64,000 nt of DNA from an uncultured Planctomycetota bacterium (GCA_963719315.1 CAVRBU010000017.1:32001-96000); one strand, 5' to 3'; shown: positions 42,957 to 52,975, numbered from the stretch's first letter. Notes: generated by a model not told the origin, from the letters alone. Numbers and translations are program-made.

Positions 42957-44998
42957 TTGGAGGCCAACGAAACAATTTCAGAACAACTGCGTATGTCGGA
43001 TCCATCTCACCCATCTGTTGCTTCTTCTCGAGCTTGGTATAGCGCCACCATTACGGAGTTTCTGGAAGCAACGTCCGATGCAATCATCGGAAGACTCACG
43101 ACAAACTGCGGTTTTTCGCTGCTTCCAACTCAACGGGATGCTTGGTTAGCACAGGTGCAGTTTCTGCAGGAAAGCTTACGTGGCCTGGAAGGTTATCTAT
43201 TGATGGAATTTGCGATACCACGAATGGGTCGGCGGATTGACGTAGTACTATTAATTGGACCGGTTGCTTTCGCGATCGAATTCAAGGTAGGGGAATCGGT
43301 TTTTGAGCGTTCTGCAATCGAACAGGTGTGGGACTACGCGCTGGATCTAAAAAACTTTCACGAAGCTAGCCACGAAGTTTCGATTGTTCCCATACTGATT
43401 GCAACTGGTGCTGAAGCAACAACATCGCAGATTGGATTGCAAAGCGACAATGATAATGTTTACCGTCCGATTTTGGTACTTACTGCACACTTTCGCAATA
43501 CAATTGACCACGCTTTGAAGAGTATTAGCGGCGATCGGATCGATGCAAACCACTGGGCAGGAGCGTCGTATCACCCGACACCGACCATCATTGAAGCTGC
43601 CCGAGCACTATATGCCCAACACTCGGTAGAAGCCATCGCTCGATACGATGCGGGAGCCAAGAATCTAAAAATTACATCGGTGCGTATCGAAGAGCTTGTA
43701 GACAAGGCTCGGGAGCAGAAGCGTAAGATTATTTGCTTTGTCACAGGTGTACCTGGAGCTGGAAAAACGCTAGTCGGGTTGAATGTGGCCACTCAAAGAC
43801 GTGAGATCGATCAGCCAACCCACGCTGTATTTCTTTCAGGAAACGGGCCACTCGTCGCTGTGCTTCGGGAGGCACTTACACGGGACGAAGTTGCTCGGCG
43901 GCGAGTTTCAGGCAATCGAACGCGCAAAGCAGAAGTCGGGGAGAGCGTCAAGGCTTTTATTCAAAACGTCCATAATTTCCGAGATGATCTTTTACTGGAC
44001 AACCGAGCGCCCGTCGAACACGTCGCCATTTTCGATGAGGCGCAACGGGCCTGGAATTTGCAGCAAACTTCAAACTTCATGCGACGAAAGAAGAACTACG
44101 TCGGGTTTTCGCAATCTGAGCCGGAGTTCCTGATTTCATGCATGGACCGCCACGAAGATTGGGCCGTAGTCGTGTGCCTTGTCGGGGGCGGGCAGGAGAT
44201 CAACACGGGTGAGTCTGGAATCGATTCATGGATTGATGCCATCTGTTCTCGATTTCCGGATTGGCACATGCACATTTCATCGAGACTTACGGACGCCGAA
44301 TATGGATCGGGCCGAGCCCTGGGAACAGTGCGCAAGAGGCCACATACACATTTTGACGATTCGCTTCATCTCGCTGTTTCCATGAGATCGTTTCGAGCAG
44401 AAAACGTGTCCGCATTCGTAAAGGCAATGCTTGATTGCAATAAAGCAGACGCACAACAAACATTCAAGCAACTTGCCGACCGTTTCCCCATCGCGATCTG
44501 TCGTGATTTGCGACGCGCAAAGCAATGGATTCTCGACCATGCGCGGGGGAGTGAGCGTTATGGTTTGGTTGCTTCGTCGAAAGCCCACCGTCTGAAACCT
44601 GACGCGATTGACATACGCGTTGATGTAAATCCTGTGCACTGGTTTCTGAACGACAGGGACGATACTCGATCAAGTTATTACCTTGAAGATGCCGCGACGG
44701 AATTTCAGGTGCAAGGACTGGAACTTGATTGGGCATGTGTGGCTTGGGATGGTGATCTGCGATTCGATGACCCCGGCTGGAAGTACCATTATTTTCGCGG
44801 TGATCGATGGTGCAGGATATCAAACAGCGATAACCAGCGTTTTCTCTGTAATGCATATCGAGTATTACTTACGCGCGCCGACAAGGGATGGTCATTTATC
44901 TACCCACCGGCGAAGGGAGTGACGCAACAAGATTGCCGAGTATCTATGACGCAACATTTCAATATCTAACGGAACTCGGGATACCGGTCGTCAATTAA
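42957..44998 (+). CDS. DUF2075 (Schlafen-like) nuclease-helicase, frameshift near 44879
   Basis: RIDVVL...IEFK nuclease-like motif; Walker A GVPGAGKT; FDEAQR; QGLELD; NAYRVLLTRA. The shifted frame continues RQGMVIY...LGIPVVN to a stop at 44998. Confidence 0.85.
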
Positions 44999-45035
44999 CT
45001 TGGCAACGTTTTTACGTGGTGACATGCACGATCGG

Positions 45036-45104
45036 CGACCAGCGGTCGCGGCTTTATGGGGGTGGGGTTATGATTGGCATGCCGCGGAAGTTGGGGTATC
45101 ACGT
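45036..45104 (+). repeat. Truncated duplicate of the RAYT 5' region
   Basis: Near-identical to 46121-46191: a REP arm, the spacer, and codons MPRKLGYHV. Confidence 0.85.
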
Positions 45105-45336
45105 CGGAGCGAGGAGCCTGGAGCAGAGCCCGAAGTGAAAGTCGCAGCTAGCCGAGTCGGTCCAATTCGAGGCCGAACGTGGCGATTGCGGGGTTGGCGC
45201 TATTTCGATGTCACCATTTCCAACACGATCGTGCCGTCGGTGGATTTAGTCCGCTTTGCCTTTATCGGTTTCGTCTTTTCAGAGCGGACGGCAAGCTCGC
45301 CAACTGAGACACAGAAGGAACTGCAGGACTACGGCA

Positions 45337-45726
45337 TCACTGATCAGTTGCGAGGCGGACGCGTTGTCGTTCGTCGTCGTTGATGTTGAGGACGCGGATT
45401 GTTGCGCGGCCGGTGGAGGTCAATCCTACAAGTATCGTGCCTTGCCAGACGAAATGGTCGCTCCACGGTTGTGACCGGGGATTGAAGAGCGGCACGGTAT
45501 GTCCCGTGGTGGGGTCGATTCCAGCCAGATTACTTGATTTGGCCAGGTCGCAGTCGATGCGGGCCAATGCAAGATTCTGATCATCATCGCCGCCACCGTG
45601 CTTGCGGGGAATGATGTGTTCAAGCTAAAGCTTTGCTACCGGCGAGAGTTCTTGTGGCAGGCCGCAATACTCGCACTTATTGCCCGCTCGCTGTCGAACA
45701 AACTCGCGCGTGCGACGGTCCATCAT
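45337..45726 (-). pseudogene. HNH endonuclease with in-frame stop
   Basis: One frame reads RQRAGNKCEYC...KL*LEHIIPRKHGG...NLALARIDCDLAK...LFNPRSQPWSDHF. TAG at 45625-45627. Confidence 0.87.
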
Positions 45727-45986
45727 GAATTGGCCGAGATTCTACGACGGGCCTGTGCTTGTATAATGGCCACGAACCGATTCGCATGGATGTAGCCTTC
45801 GTATTCCGCCCGCTCCTCGTTAGAGAGTTCAACTTCATTGGCTTTATCAGCGAGCTGCGAGATGCGTTGCTGGAGTTCCTGATCGGCGTGGTAGTCGGCG
45901 ATCTGGTGAACTTGTTCGGTGGTGAGGATGCCGAAGATGGGTTGCGTGGCGCGGTCGAAAGCCGAGTTGTCGATCGTGGTACTCAT
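45723..45986 (-). CDS. Small helical protein coupled to the HNH gene (antitoxin-like)
   Basis: 87 aa, LQQRISQLADKANEVELSNEERAEYE. Its TGA overlaps the HNH ATG. Confidence 0.7.
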   Translation of the reverse strand: MSTTIDNSAFDRATQPIFGILTTEQVHQIADYHADQELQQRISQLADKANEVELSNEERAEYEGYIHANRFVAIIQAQARRRISANS

Positions 45987-46046
45987 ACTTGTAGTATACT
46001 ACCATGCAATAAATGAGCCATATCGCGTTCGACATGGTGGCGCCCT

Positions 46047-46143
46047 CGACCGGTGGTCGCGGATTGTGCGTCGCGCCATGAGAAGTCGCGGCGATTTCAA
46101 GTGGCGTTGGGCCGTTTCCGCGACCGGCGGTCGCGGCTTTATG
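46047..46143. repeat. REP doublet (REPIN) upstream of RAYT
   Basis: 97 bp, 4 mismatches to 46711-46807. Arms cgaccggtggtcgcgga and tccgcgaccggcggtcgcggcttt. Confidence 0.92.
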
Positions 46144-46165
46144 GGGGTGGGGTTATGATTGTGGA

Positions 46166-46843
46166 ATGCCGCGGACGTTGGGGTATCACGTTGTGATTTC
46201 GGGGTACGGGCTGTGGTTGCCAGGGGATGAGCGCGGGCATTGGTCCGAAGCTTGGGATGAGGAACTCGGGTTTATCGATCCGCACAAGTTGCATGCGGGC
46301 GATCCAGTGCGGCGGCGGATGGCGGAGGAGCGGCAGAAGCATCCGCCGGTGAGGCTCGATTCGGCAATGCAATTGGTTGTGGTCGATACAATTGCGCGGT
46401 GCCGGGGCGAATCGGATTGGCGGATTGCGGCTGCTTCCATCGAGGCGACGCATACGTATTTATTGATGACGTACTCGGAGCGCGATATCGATAGTACGGT
46501 CAAGTGGCTAAAGGATCAGATGACGAAGGCGATTCACCGGGAGACATCGCACGCCGGGCCGGTGTGGTGCAAGGGGCGGTGGCGATCGTATTTGTTCGAG
46601 CCGGATGTGTGGCGGAATACGCGGTTGTATATCGAGCGTCACAACGAACGGCGTGGTGTGGGGCCGCGACCGTATGCGTATATCGAAAGCGTGGCCGATC
46701 CACAAAGCCGCGACCGGTGGTCGCGGATTGTGCGTCGCGCCATGAGAAGTCGCGGCGATTTCAAGTGGCGTTGCGGTGGTTCCGCGACCGGCGGTCGCGG
46801 CTTTATGTCAATCGATTTCTTTGGAGTTAATCCAGCTCATTAG
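46166..46843 (+). CDS. REP-associated tyrosine (Y1/HUH) transposase-like protein
   Basis: [19 protein letters not shown]-terminus; HTY at the HUH position; LK...WCKG; catalytic YIERHN. Flanked by REP doublets. Confidence 0.82.
   Translation: MPRTLGYHVVISGYGLWLPGDERGHWSEAWDEELGFIDPHKLHAGDPVRRRMAEERQKHPPVRLDSAMQLVVVDTIARCRGESDWRIAAASIEATHTYLLMTYSERDIDSTVKWLKDQMTKAIHRETSHAGPVWCKGRWRSYLFEPDVWRNTRLYIERHNERRGVGPRPYAYIESVADPQSRDRWSRIVRRAMRSRGDFKWRCGGSATGGRGFMSIDFFGVNPAH
46711..46807. repeat. REP doublet (REPIN) at the 3' end of RAYT
   Basis: Direct repeat of 46047-46143. It abuts the ilvC stop codon. Confidence 0.92.
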
Positions 46844-47815
46844 TTGGCGGAGTTTGCGGCCGGTGACTTCGACGGGATGGTTCTTGTCTTTTTCGCGGAG
46901 CGCTTTGAATTTGGCGCCGCCGGACTTGGCTTCGGCGATCCATTCTTTGGCGAACGTGCCGTCTTGCACTTCTTTGAGGATCCGTTTCATCTCCTGTTTG
47001 GTTTCTTCGGTGATGATCCGCGGGCCGCGGGTGTAGTCGCCGTATTCGGCGGTGTTGCTGACGCTATAGCGCATGTAATTGAGGCCGCCCTGGTAGAACA
47101 GGTCGACGATCAGCTTCAGCTCGTGCATGCACTCGAAAAACGCCATTTCGGGCTGGTATCCGGCTTCGACGAGCGTTTCGAAGCCGGCCTTCACGAGGGC
47201 GCTCACGCCGCCGCAGAGGACGACTTGCTCGCCGAACAAGTCGGTTTCGGTCTCCTCGGCGATTGTGGTGCGGATGACGCCGCCGCGGGTGCCGCCGATA
47301 GCTTTGGCGTAGGCCAGGCCGACCTTGAACGTGGTGTCGCTAGCGCCTTCGCTCATGGCGATCAGGCAGGGCACTCCGCCGCCGGCGACGAATTCGCTTC
47401 GGACAAGGTGGCCGGGGCCCTTCGGCGCAACGAGCAACGCATCCACGCCGGCGGGTGGCTTGATGAAGCCGAAGTGGATGTTGAAGCCGTGCGAGCACAT
47501 AAGGATGTCGCCGGGCTTCAGGTTGGGTTTGATTTCTTTTTCGTAGAGGTCGCCTTGCAGCTCGTCGGGGACGAGGATGTTGATGACGTCGGCCTGCTTC
47601 GTGGCGTCGGCGGCACTCATCGGCTTAAAGCCGTGGCTGATCGCAAGGTCGTAATTCTTGCCGCCCGGGCGCTGGCCGACGATGACGTTCACGCCGCTGT
47701 CGCGGAGGTTTTGGGCTTGGGCGTGGCCTTGCGAGCCGTAGCCGATGATCGCGACCGTCTTGCCTTTGAGGGCCGACATGTCGGCGTCTTTGTCGTAGTA
47801 AATGGTGGCTGGCAT
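46808..47815 (-). CDS. ilvC: Ketol-acid reductoisomerase
   Basis: [19 protein letters not shown] and [10 protein letters not shown]. Confidence 0.97.
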   Translation of the reverse strand: MPATIYYDKDADMSALKGKTVAIIGYGSQGHAQAQNLRDSGVNVIVGQRPGGKNYDLAISHGFKPMSAADATKQADVINILVPDELQGDLYEKEIKPNLKPGDILMCSHGFNIHFGFIKPPAGVDALLVAPKGPGHLVRSEFVAGGGVPCLIAMSEGASDTTFKVGLAYAKAIGGTRGGVIRTTIAEETETDLFGEQVVLCGGVSALVKAGFETLVEAGYQPEMAFFECMHELKLIVDLFYQGGLNYMRYSVSNTAEYGDYTRGPRIITEETKQEMKRILKEVQDGTFAKEWIAEAKSGGAKFKALREKDKNHPVEVTGRKLRQLMSWINSKEID

Positions 47816-47833
47816 GATTGCTCCGAACGAATT

Positions 47834-48007
47834 CACCTCGGAGACACGGGGAGCACGGAGAATAAAAAAAGGGAACACCAATCAGCACTAAGAACCGCCG
47901 ATCTTTTACTATCACAATTCGTTAAAAATATGAACTTCGTTCAATTAGTGATAAATAGCGTTGATTAGTGTTCCAGGCTTTCTCCGTGCTCTCCTTGTCT
48001 CCGTGGT
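47834..48007. repeat. Nested periodic hairpins upstream of ilvC
   Basis: Outer arms cacctcggagacacggggagcacggagaa and ttctccgtgctctccttgtctccgtggt. Inner arms ggaacaccaatcagcactaa and ttagtgataaatagcgttgattagtgttcc. Confidence 0.78.
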
Positions 48008-48031
48008 TAATTAATTTGAATTGTTGATTAA

Positions 48032-48948
48032 GGACCTATCCCAAAATTCCACATCGCCTTAAGGCGATGAGGGCGAATTGTAGATGAACGAACCCAAGAT
48101 AGTTAGCCGCCTTCTTTTCCCAACGGATCAGGAGCCTGCGGGCGCGGTTGGTCCAAGAATGCGCGGCTTCGACAACCCAGCGTCGAGCTTTGTGGCCGGC
48201 GCGACAGCGACGCTGCTCCTCGCCACGGCAGCGGATGTGAGGCACGTACCCGAAACGATTCGCCGTAGCTGTCGACGGTTCGCCAAAGTATCCCTTGTCG
48301 AGACACAGGTGCTGCTTGCGCCACGGCTGGGTCGTCGAATCGGGATGGAGCGAAGCGTGTCGCGCAGAAGACGTTGGTCGTGAGCATTGGCGCCGTCAAT
48401 CGCGACGCCCAGAGGAACGCCGCGGGCGTCGGTCAAGACCGATCGCTTGACTCCGAGCTTACCTCGATCGGTGGGGTTTTTCCCGGTTTTTTTCCCCTCC
48501 CAGCGGCGACTTAGTTGTCGCGCCGTCCACCGACTGCCAGCGCCAAGCGATGCCGCGCTTCTGATCGTACTTCCCCAGCGCCCGTTTCCAAAACCGTTGC
48601 CAAATACCCAGGCGAGTCCACTCTTGGAAATAGCGATGAACGGTACTGGGGCTGCCAAATTGTGGCGGCAGCGCCTTCCACTGGCAGCCGGTGCGCAACA
48701 GATAAAGAATGCCGCTGGCAACGGCGCAGATTCGCGCGGGGTCGCCCAACCTTCGTGGATCGCGGATACTTCGGCAGCAAGGGTTCAAGCTGCCGCCAAA
48801 GCTTTTCGGGCATCCAAGCAAATTTGCCCTGCCAATCGCAGTGCATGTACACCTCCGTGCAAGCAAAGACGAGATTCGAACGGAAACCATTCCTCACCTT
48901 TTCCTACGCACGGAAATAACACCCGTTCACGTATTTTGGGATAGGTCC
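48032..48948 (-). mobile_element. IS5-family insertion sequence (two-ORF, IS427-like)
   Basis: 16-bp TIRs ggacctatcccaaaat and attttgggataggtcc; TAA target duplication. Transposase motifs LRTGCQW, SVD, LDKGY, RWVVE and RRLLIRWEK. A7 run at the ORF junction and one further frameshift near 48325. Confidence 0.93.
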
Positions 48949-49478
48949 TAAGCGTCGGCGGCATACTTTCGCAGGCCGCCGGTGTTGCCGCTGTTGCGGC
49001 GGTCGATACTGCGGACCATGGCGATTCGGCCGGTTCGCACCAGTTCGACGATGCCGAACGGCCGCATCAGGTCGATGAACGCCTCGATCTTTTTTTCCTG
49101 GCCGGCGATTTCGACGGTGACCTGCTCGGGCGCGACGTCGACGATTCGGCCGCGAAAGATTTCGGTGAGCTCGCGGATTTCGGCCCGTTGGCCCGCCTTC
49201 ATGCGGACTTTGATCAACATCAGGTCGCGTTCGACGTGGTCGTGCGAACTGACATCGTCAACGCGCACGACGGTGACGATTTTTTCGAGTTGCTTGCGGA
49301 CCTGTTCGAGCACGCTGTCATCGCCGACGACGACGAAGGTCATCCGCGAGAGCCGCGGATCTTCGGTTTCGCCGACGGCGAGGCTATCGATATTGAATCC
49401 GCGCGAGGCGAACATTCCGGCCACATGGGCCAGCACGCCGGGGACGTTTTGGACGGTGGCGGAGAGGACGTGACGCAT
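48948..49478 (-). CDS. ilvN: Acetolactate synthase small (regulatory) subunit
   Basis: ACT domain NVPGVL...RGFNIDSL, and ELVRTG. Confidence 0.95.
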   Translation of the reverse strand: MRHVLSATVQNVPGVLAHVAGMFASRGFNIDSLAVGETEDPRLSRMTFVVVGDDSVLEQVRKQLEKIVTVVRVDDVSSHDHVERDLMLIKVRMKAGQRAEIRELTEIFRGRIVDVAPEQVTVEIAGQEKKIEAFIDLMRPFGIVELVRTGRIAMVRSIDRRNSGNTGGLRKYAADA

Positions 49479-49529
49479 GGGGGAGGATGCAGGATGGAGG
49501 ATGGAGGATGCGGGGGGCCGGGCAAGCCA

Positions 49530-49562
49530 CCCTCACCCCGGCCCTCTCCCCGAGGGAGAGGG
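49530..49562. repeat. CCCTC...GGGAGAGGG palindromic element
   Basis: ccctcaccccggccctctccccgagggagaggg, with relatives at 3945 and 63150. Preceded by GGATGGA/GGATGCA heptamers. Confidence 0.7.
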
Positions 49563-49687
49563 AGAGTTGGAAATGGGGAAACCTCGATAATATCTGTCGA
49601 GGGACGCGAGAGCAACTGGCGAGGTTCGGGGAGCGGGCCTGATTTGGCCCACTGCGAAGTCATACAAGGCCAGTTATTTGGCCTAAC

Positions 49688-50125
49688 CTACGTCGCTTCA
49701 GGCAGGATCGTTAAAGACGTTTCGGCCGAGGTGCGGAATACGGAAAAATCGCGGCGGTCGAGCGTGAATACGTGTTCGATTTTTTCGCGGTCTGCCAAGT
49801 GCATGAGAGCCGCATCGGCGAAATCCAGACAGAGGTTTTGGTATTTGAAGATTAAGCGGTCAATGGGTCCGATGTCCGCATTGTCGAGTGGCAGCAGAGT
49901 ATACACACTATCGCGGCATGCGGCCAGCAAATGGTGAACGAGGTGGGAGTCGTAGCGATTGAGCAGATAGCATGCCTCTGTGATCACTGGCAGGCAGGTA
50001 AAGAGCGAGCCGGGTAGATCGCGAGCTTGATCCCGACATGCTTCGTACCGCGCATCTCGGCGGTCGAACAGTGCAACAAGTGGTCCGGTGTCAATCAGGA
50101 CTCTTTGGGTGGCGAGACTCACCAA
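49688..50125 (-). CDS. PIN-domain (VapC-like) toxin
   Basis: LIDTGPLVA, VITEA, DFADAAL and FTLDRRDF. Confidence 0.9.
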   Translation of the reverse strand: MVSLATQRVLIDTGPLVALFDRRDARYEACRDQARDLPGSLFTCLPVITEACYLLNRYDSHLVHHLLAACRDSVYTLLPLDNADIGPIDRLIFKYQNLCLDFADAALMHLADREKIEHVFTLDRRDFSVFRTSAETSLTILPEAT

Positions 50126-50396
50126 ATCCTTCCATGTGCTTTGGATTGGTGCTCAAGTCGGTGGGACCATCAAAGCAACCCAAAATGCCCCGCTCGGAGA
50201 GCACATCAAACAGTGTCCTTCCTTGCGAGGCGTTGCCATTAGGTGCGGCGACAGGCGGTCGCAACAAAGCGGCGGGGGCTGTGTCGAGAAGGTTATCAAC
50301 TACCTCCGACCACTTCTTTCCCACGCTCTCGGCAAGCATCGCCAGGCGCATTCGCTGGTCGGGCGAAAGCTCAATTTGTGTGGGGTCGACCGTCAT
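50091..50396 (-). CDS. Probable VapB-type antitoxin
   Basis: Small ORF overlapping the PIN gene, with C-terminal GPTDLSTNPKHMEGFG. Confidence 0.75.
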   Translation of the reverse strand: MTVDPTQIELSPDQRMRLAMLAESVGKKWSEVVDNLLDTAPAALLRPPVAAPNGNASQGRTLFDVLSERGILGCFDGPTDLSTNPKHMEGFGESRHPKSPD

Positions 50397-50472
50397 AACA
50401 GCATTTTACCGCGCGGGCAAATCTGAAGCCAGCTTGGCCAGTGACCATCCAGGAACCGGCGTGAGCAAACGG

Positions 50473-51546
50473 CTAAAATAGCCGCAATTGGCCGCTCGTT
50501 GGGGTCGGTGGGTGAAAAGCTGCGGCGTTGAGTGGCGGGTGTTGTTTGGAGTAGCCAAGTTTTGTGCACCAGATGCGGAAAGTATCGGCGATCATTTCGG
50601 CCATGTTGCCTGTCCCGACTTGGCGGCGTCCGAATTGGGAGTCGTTGAGTCGGCCGCCGCGAGTGGAGCGAATGTGAGCTTGGACGCGGGCGGATTTGTC
50701 GGGGTAGTTGCGCTCCAGCCAGTCGAGAAACACTGGCCGAACCGTGCCGGAAAGTTTGAGCAGCACGTAGGCGGCGTGCGTGGCGCCGGCTTCGCGGGCA
50801 GCCTTCAAAACTGCGGGAATCTCATTGTCGTTGAGGCCGGGAATGATCGGCGCGATCATCACGTTCGTCGGGATGCCGGCTTGAGAGAGTTCACGAATTG
50901 CGCGAAGGCGGGCCTCGGGCGAGCTGGTCCGCGGCTCCATGACGCGGGCGAGTTTTGCATCGAGCGTGGTGATTGAGAGAGAGACCCGCACCGCGCGGTG
51001 GGCCGCCAGTTGCGATAGCAGATCGATGTCGCGGCACACGAGCGCGTTCTTCGTGATGATGCCGATCGGCTGATTGCATTCGGCCGCTACGGCGACGCAT
51101 GCGCGCGTGATACGGAACTCGCGCTCGGCTGGTTGGTAGCAATCGGTGACGCCGGAGAAAGCAATCGTCTCGGGCTCCCACTTGGGGCGGGCAAGGAATT
51201 CGCGGAAAAGCTCTGCGGCACGGTGCTTGACAAGAATCTTCGTTTCGAAGTCGAGGCCGGCGCTCATGCCGAGGTACTCGTGACCCGATCGGGCGTAACA
51301 ATAACTGCAGCCGTGCGCGCAGCCGCGATAGGGGTTCACACTGTAGCGGAAGCCGATGTCGGGGCTGTCGTTCTCGGCCACGATCGACTGTGAATCATCC
51401 GGCAGATACTGCGTCGGCGGCCGGCCGAGTGCGGCCAGGTACTCAACATCCTCCGCGACGTGCTCCCAATCGGCTTCGACGTACACGGGCAGATAGGGAT
51501 TGGCCGGCTGGATTGCCGCGCCGCGGCCTTTGATGAAACGTGCCAT
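50473..51546 (-). CDS. Radical SAM protein (PA0069/Rv2578c, SplB-like family)
   Basis: NPYRGCAHGCSYCYAR, TDCYQP and APIIPGLND. Confidence 0.9.
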   Translation of the reverse strand: MARFIKGRGAAIQPANPYLPVYVEADWEHVAEDVEYLAALGRPPTQYLPDDSQSIVAENDSPDIGFRYSVNPYRGCAHGCSYCYARSGHEYLGMSAGLDFETKILVKHRAAELFREFLARPKWEPETIAFSGVTDCYQPAEREFRITRACVAVAAECNQPIGIITKNALVCRDIDLLSQLAAHRAVRVSLSITTLDAKLARVMEPRTSSPEARLRAIRELSQAGIPTNVMIAPIIPGLNDNEIPAVLKAAREAGATHAAYVLLKLSGTVRPVFLDWLERNYPDKSARVQAHIRSTRGGRLNDSQFGRRQVGTGNMAEMIADTFRIWCTKLGYSKQHPPLNAAAFHPPTPTSGQLRLF

Positions 51547-51578
51547 GAGTGATAGTATACATTTTTACACTATTCGAT

Positions 51579-52706
51579 TCAACGTCCAATGTTGTTGGCG
51601 ATTTTGCGGCCGGTGGTGCTGAGGGGCAGCTTGGTGAGCAGCGAGAGCGGTAGCCACTTGACCGCGGCATTGGTTCTGGTGCGGACGCGGCCTGAAACGA
51701 AGGTAGCTTCGTAGCAATCGAGCGTGATACGGAAACGCGTGACACCGTGCTTTATGGTTTTCACAAGTGCGCCGGGCGCGCAGTGGATGCCGGTTTGAGC
51801 TTCGACTTTGGAGGCAATTTCGCGTTGGGCGAACAGCGGGCCGCTGGCTTCCAGTTCAAACCGCGGAAAATCCCACAGCCCGGCCCAGCGTTCGTTCTCG
51901 CCACATTGCCGCATGAGAACGCTGTCGTTTTTGCGAACGACGACGGCTGCTTCGCGTAGTTCGGTAAAAATTGGCCGCGGTTTTGCGAGCGGAATTAATT
52001 GTTGCAGCCCGGCAGCGTTGGCGGCGCAAGAAGTTGCCAGTGGGCACTCGTCGCACTTCGGTTGTGTTGGCGTGCAGATGAGCGAACCTAGTTCCATGAG
52101 GGCCTGATTGAACTTAGCGCAGTCTTTTTTGGGCAAAATATCCTCGGCGACTTGCCATAGGATGCGCTGCCCGGCCGCTGAAGCGGCCTCGCCAGGGTAT
52201 GCGATGAGTCGGCTGAGGAGGCGAATGGTGTTGGCTTCGAGGATGGCGGCCCGTTTGTCGAACGCGATCGATGCGATAGCGCCGGCCGTGTAGCGGCCGA
52301 TGCCGGGCAGCGTTTGCAACTCACTTGGTTCTTGCGGAAATTCGCCGCCGTAGTGCTCGACGACCTGTTGGGCGGCGGCGTGCAGTTGCCGGGCGCGGCG
52401 GTAATAGCCGAGGCCTTCCCATAGTCGCAGGACGTCGGTTTCATCGGCCGCCGCCAGCCGGTGCACGTCGGGGAACGCTGTGGTGAACCGCGTGAAGTAT
52501 TCGCGAACCGTGGCCACCTGCGTTTGTTGGAGCATGATTTCGCTGACCCACACGCGGTATGGGTCGCGCGATTCGCGCCAGGGCAAATCGCGGGCGTGCC
52601 GGGCGTACCACGCCAAGAGTTGGCGACGGAGGGATTGCTTCTGAGCGGAGGAGAAATACGCCGTCTGGTGTTGCGCTGTTCGTTTGCGATCCGTCGCGGT
52701 GCTCAT
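51579..52706 (-). CDS. mutY: A/G-specific adenine glycosylase
   Basis: WVSEIMLQQT, GLGYYRRA, LPGIGRYTA, an FeS Cys motif and a NUDIX-like C-terminal domain. Confidence 0.96.
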   Translation of the reverse strand: MSTATDRKRTAQHQTAYFSSAQKQSLRRQLLAWYARHARDLPWRESRDPYRVWVSEIMLQQTQVATVREYFTRFTTAFPDVHRLAAADETDVLRLWEGLGYYRRARQLHAAAQQVVEHYGGEFPQEPSELQTLPGIGRYTAGAIASIAFDKRAAILEANTIRLLSRLIAYPGEAASAAGQRILWQVAEDILPKKDCAKFNQALMELGSLICTPTQPKCDECPLATSCAANAAGLQQLIPLAKPRPIFTELREAAVVVRKNDSVLMRQCGENERWAGLWDFPRFELEASGPLFAQREIASKVEAQTGIHCAPGALVKTIKHGVTRFRITLDCYEATFVSGRVRTRTNAAVKWLPLSLLTKLPLSTTGRKIANNIGR

Positions 52707-52718
52707 TTTTGGAATATA

Positions 52719-52785
52719 TCACGCAGAGGCGCGGAGGGGTTGCAGCTAGGCTCCCTCTCTCCGCGACCTCTGCGCCTCTGCGTGA
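52719..52785. repeat. 8/9-bp periodic hairpin (CGCAGAG/CGCGGAG units)
   Basis: Arms read tcacgcagaggcgcggag and ctccgcgacctctgcgcctctgcgtga. Confidence 0.8.
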
Positions 52786-52958
52786 GACTGCATTGGCGAT
52801 ATCGTTACCAATTGCGATGTGCTACCTGCAGCCGCAGACGGGCAATTCGAGCACGACCCACAGCCGCCGCCCTTCCGTTGCGCAACCTGTCGCCAGGCGC
52901 GGCGGGCCAGAAATGCTGCGGCTCCGAGGGAGATCAAGATGGCTAAAGTGTCTTGCAA
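52746..52958 (-). CDS. FeoB-associated Cys-rich membrane protein
   Basis: TM helix then GCGSCSNC, directly after feoB. Start uncertain. Confidence 0.7.
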   Translation of the reverse strand: MQDTLAILISLGAAAFLARRAWRQVAQRKGGGCGSCSNCPSAAAGSTSQLVTISPMQSHAEAQRSRREGA

Positions 52959-52975
52959 GGGGAAGGTGTCAGGTG

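Noticed and set aside
45625..45627. TAG readthrough (pyrrolysine or recoding) in the HNH gene
   Set aside because: Additional active-site substitutions indicate decay, and TAG is a normal stop elsewhere in the window.
46047..46807. Direct repeats as a CRISPR array (also 62166-62811)
   Set aside because: Only two copies of about 100 bp separated by a whole gene. There is no repeat-spacer periodicity and no cas genes.
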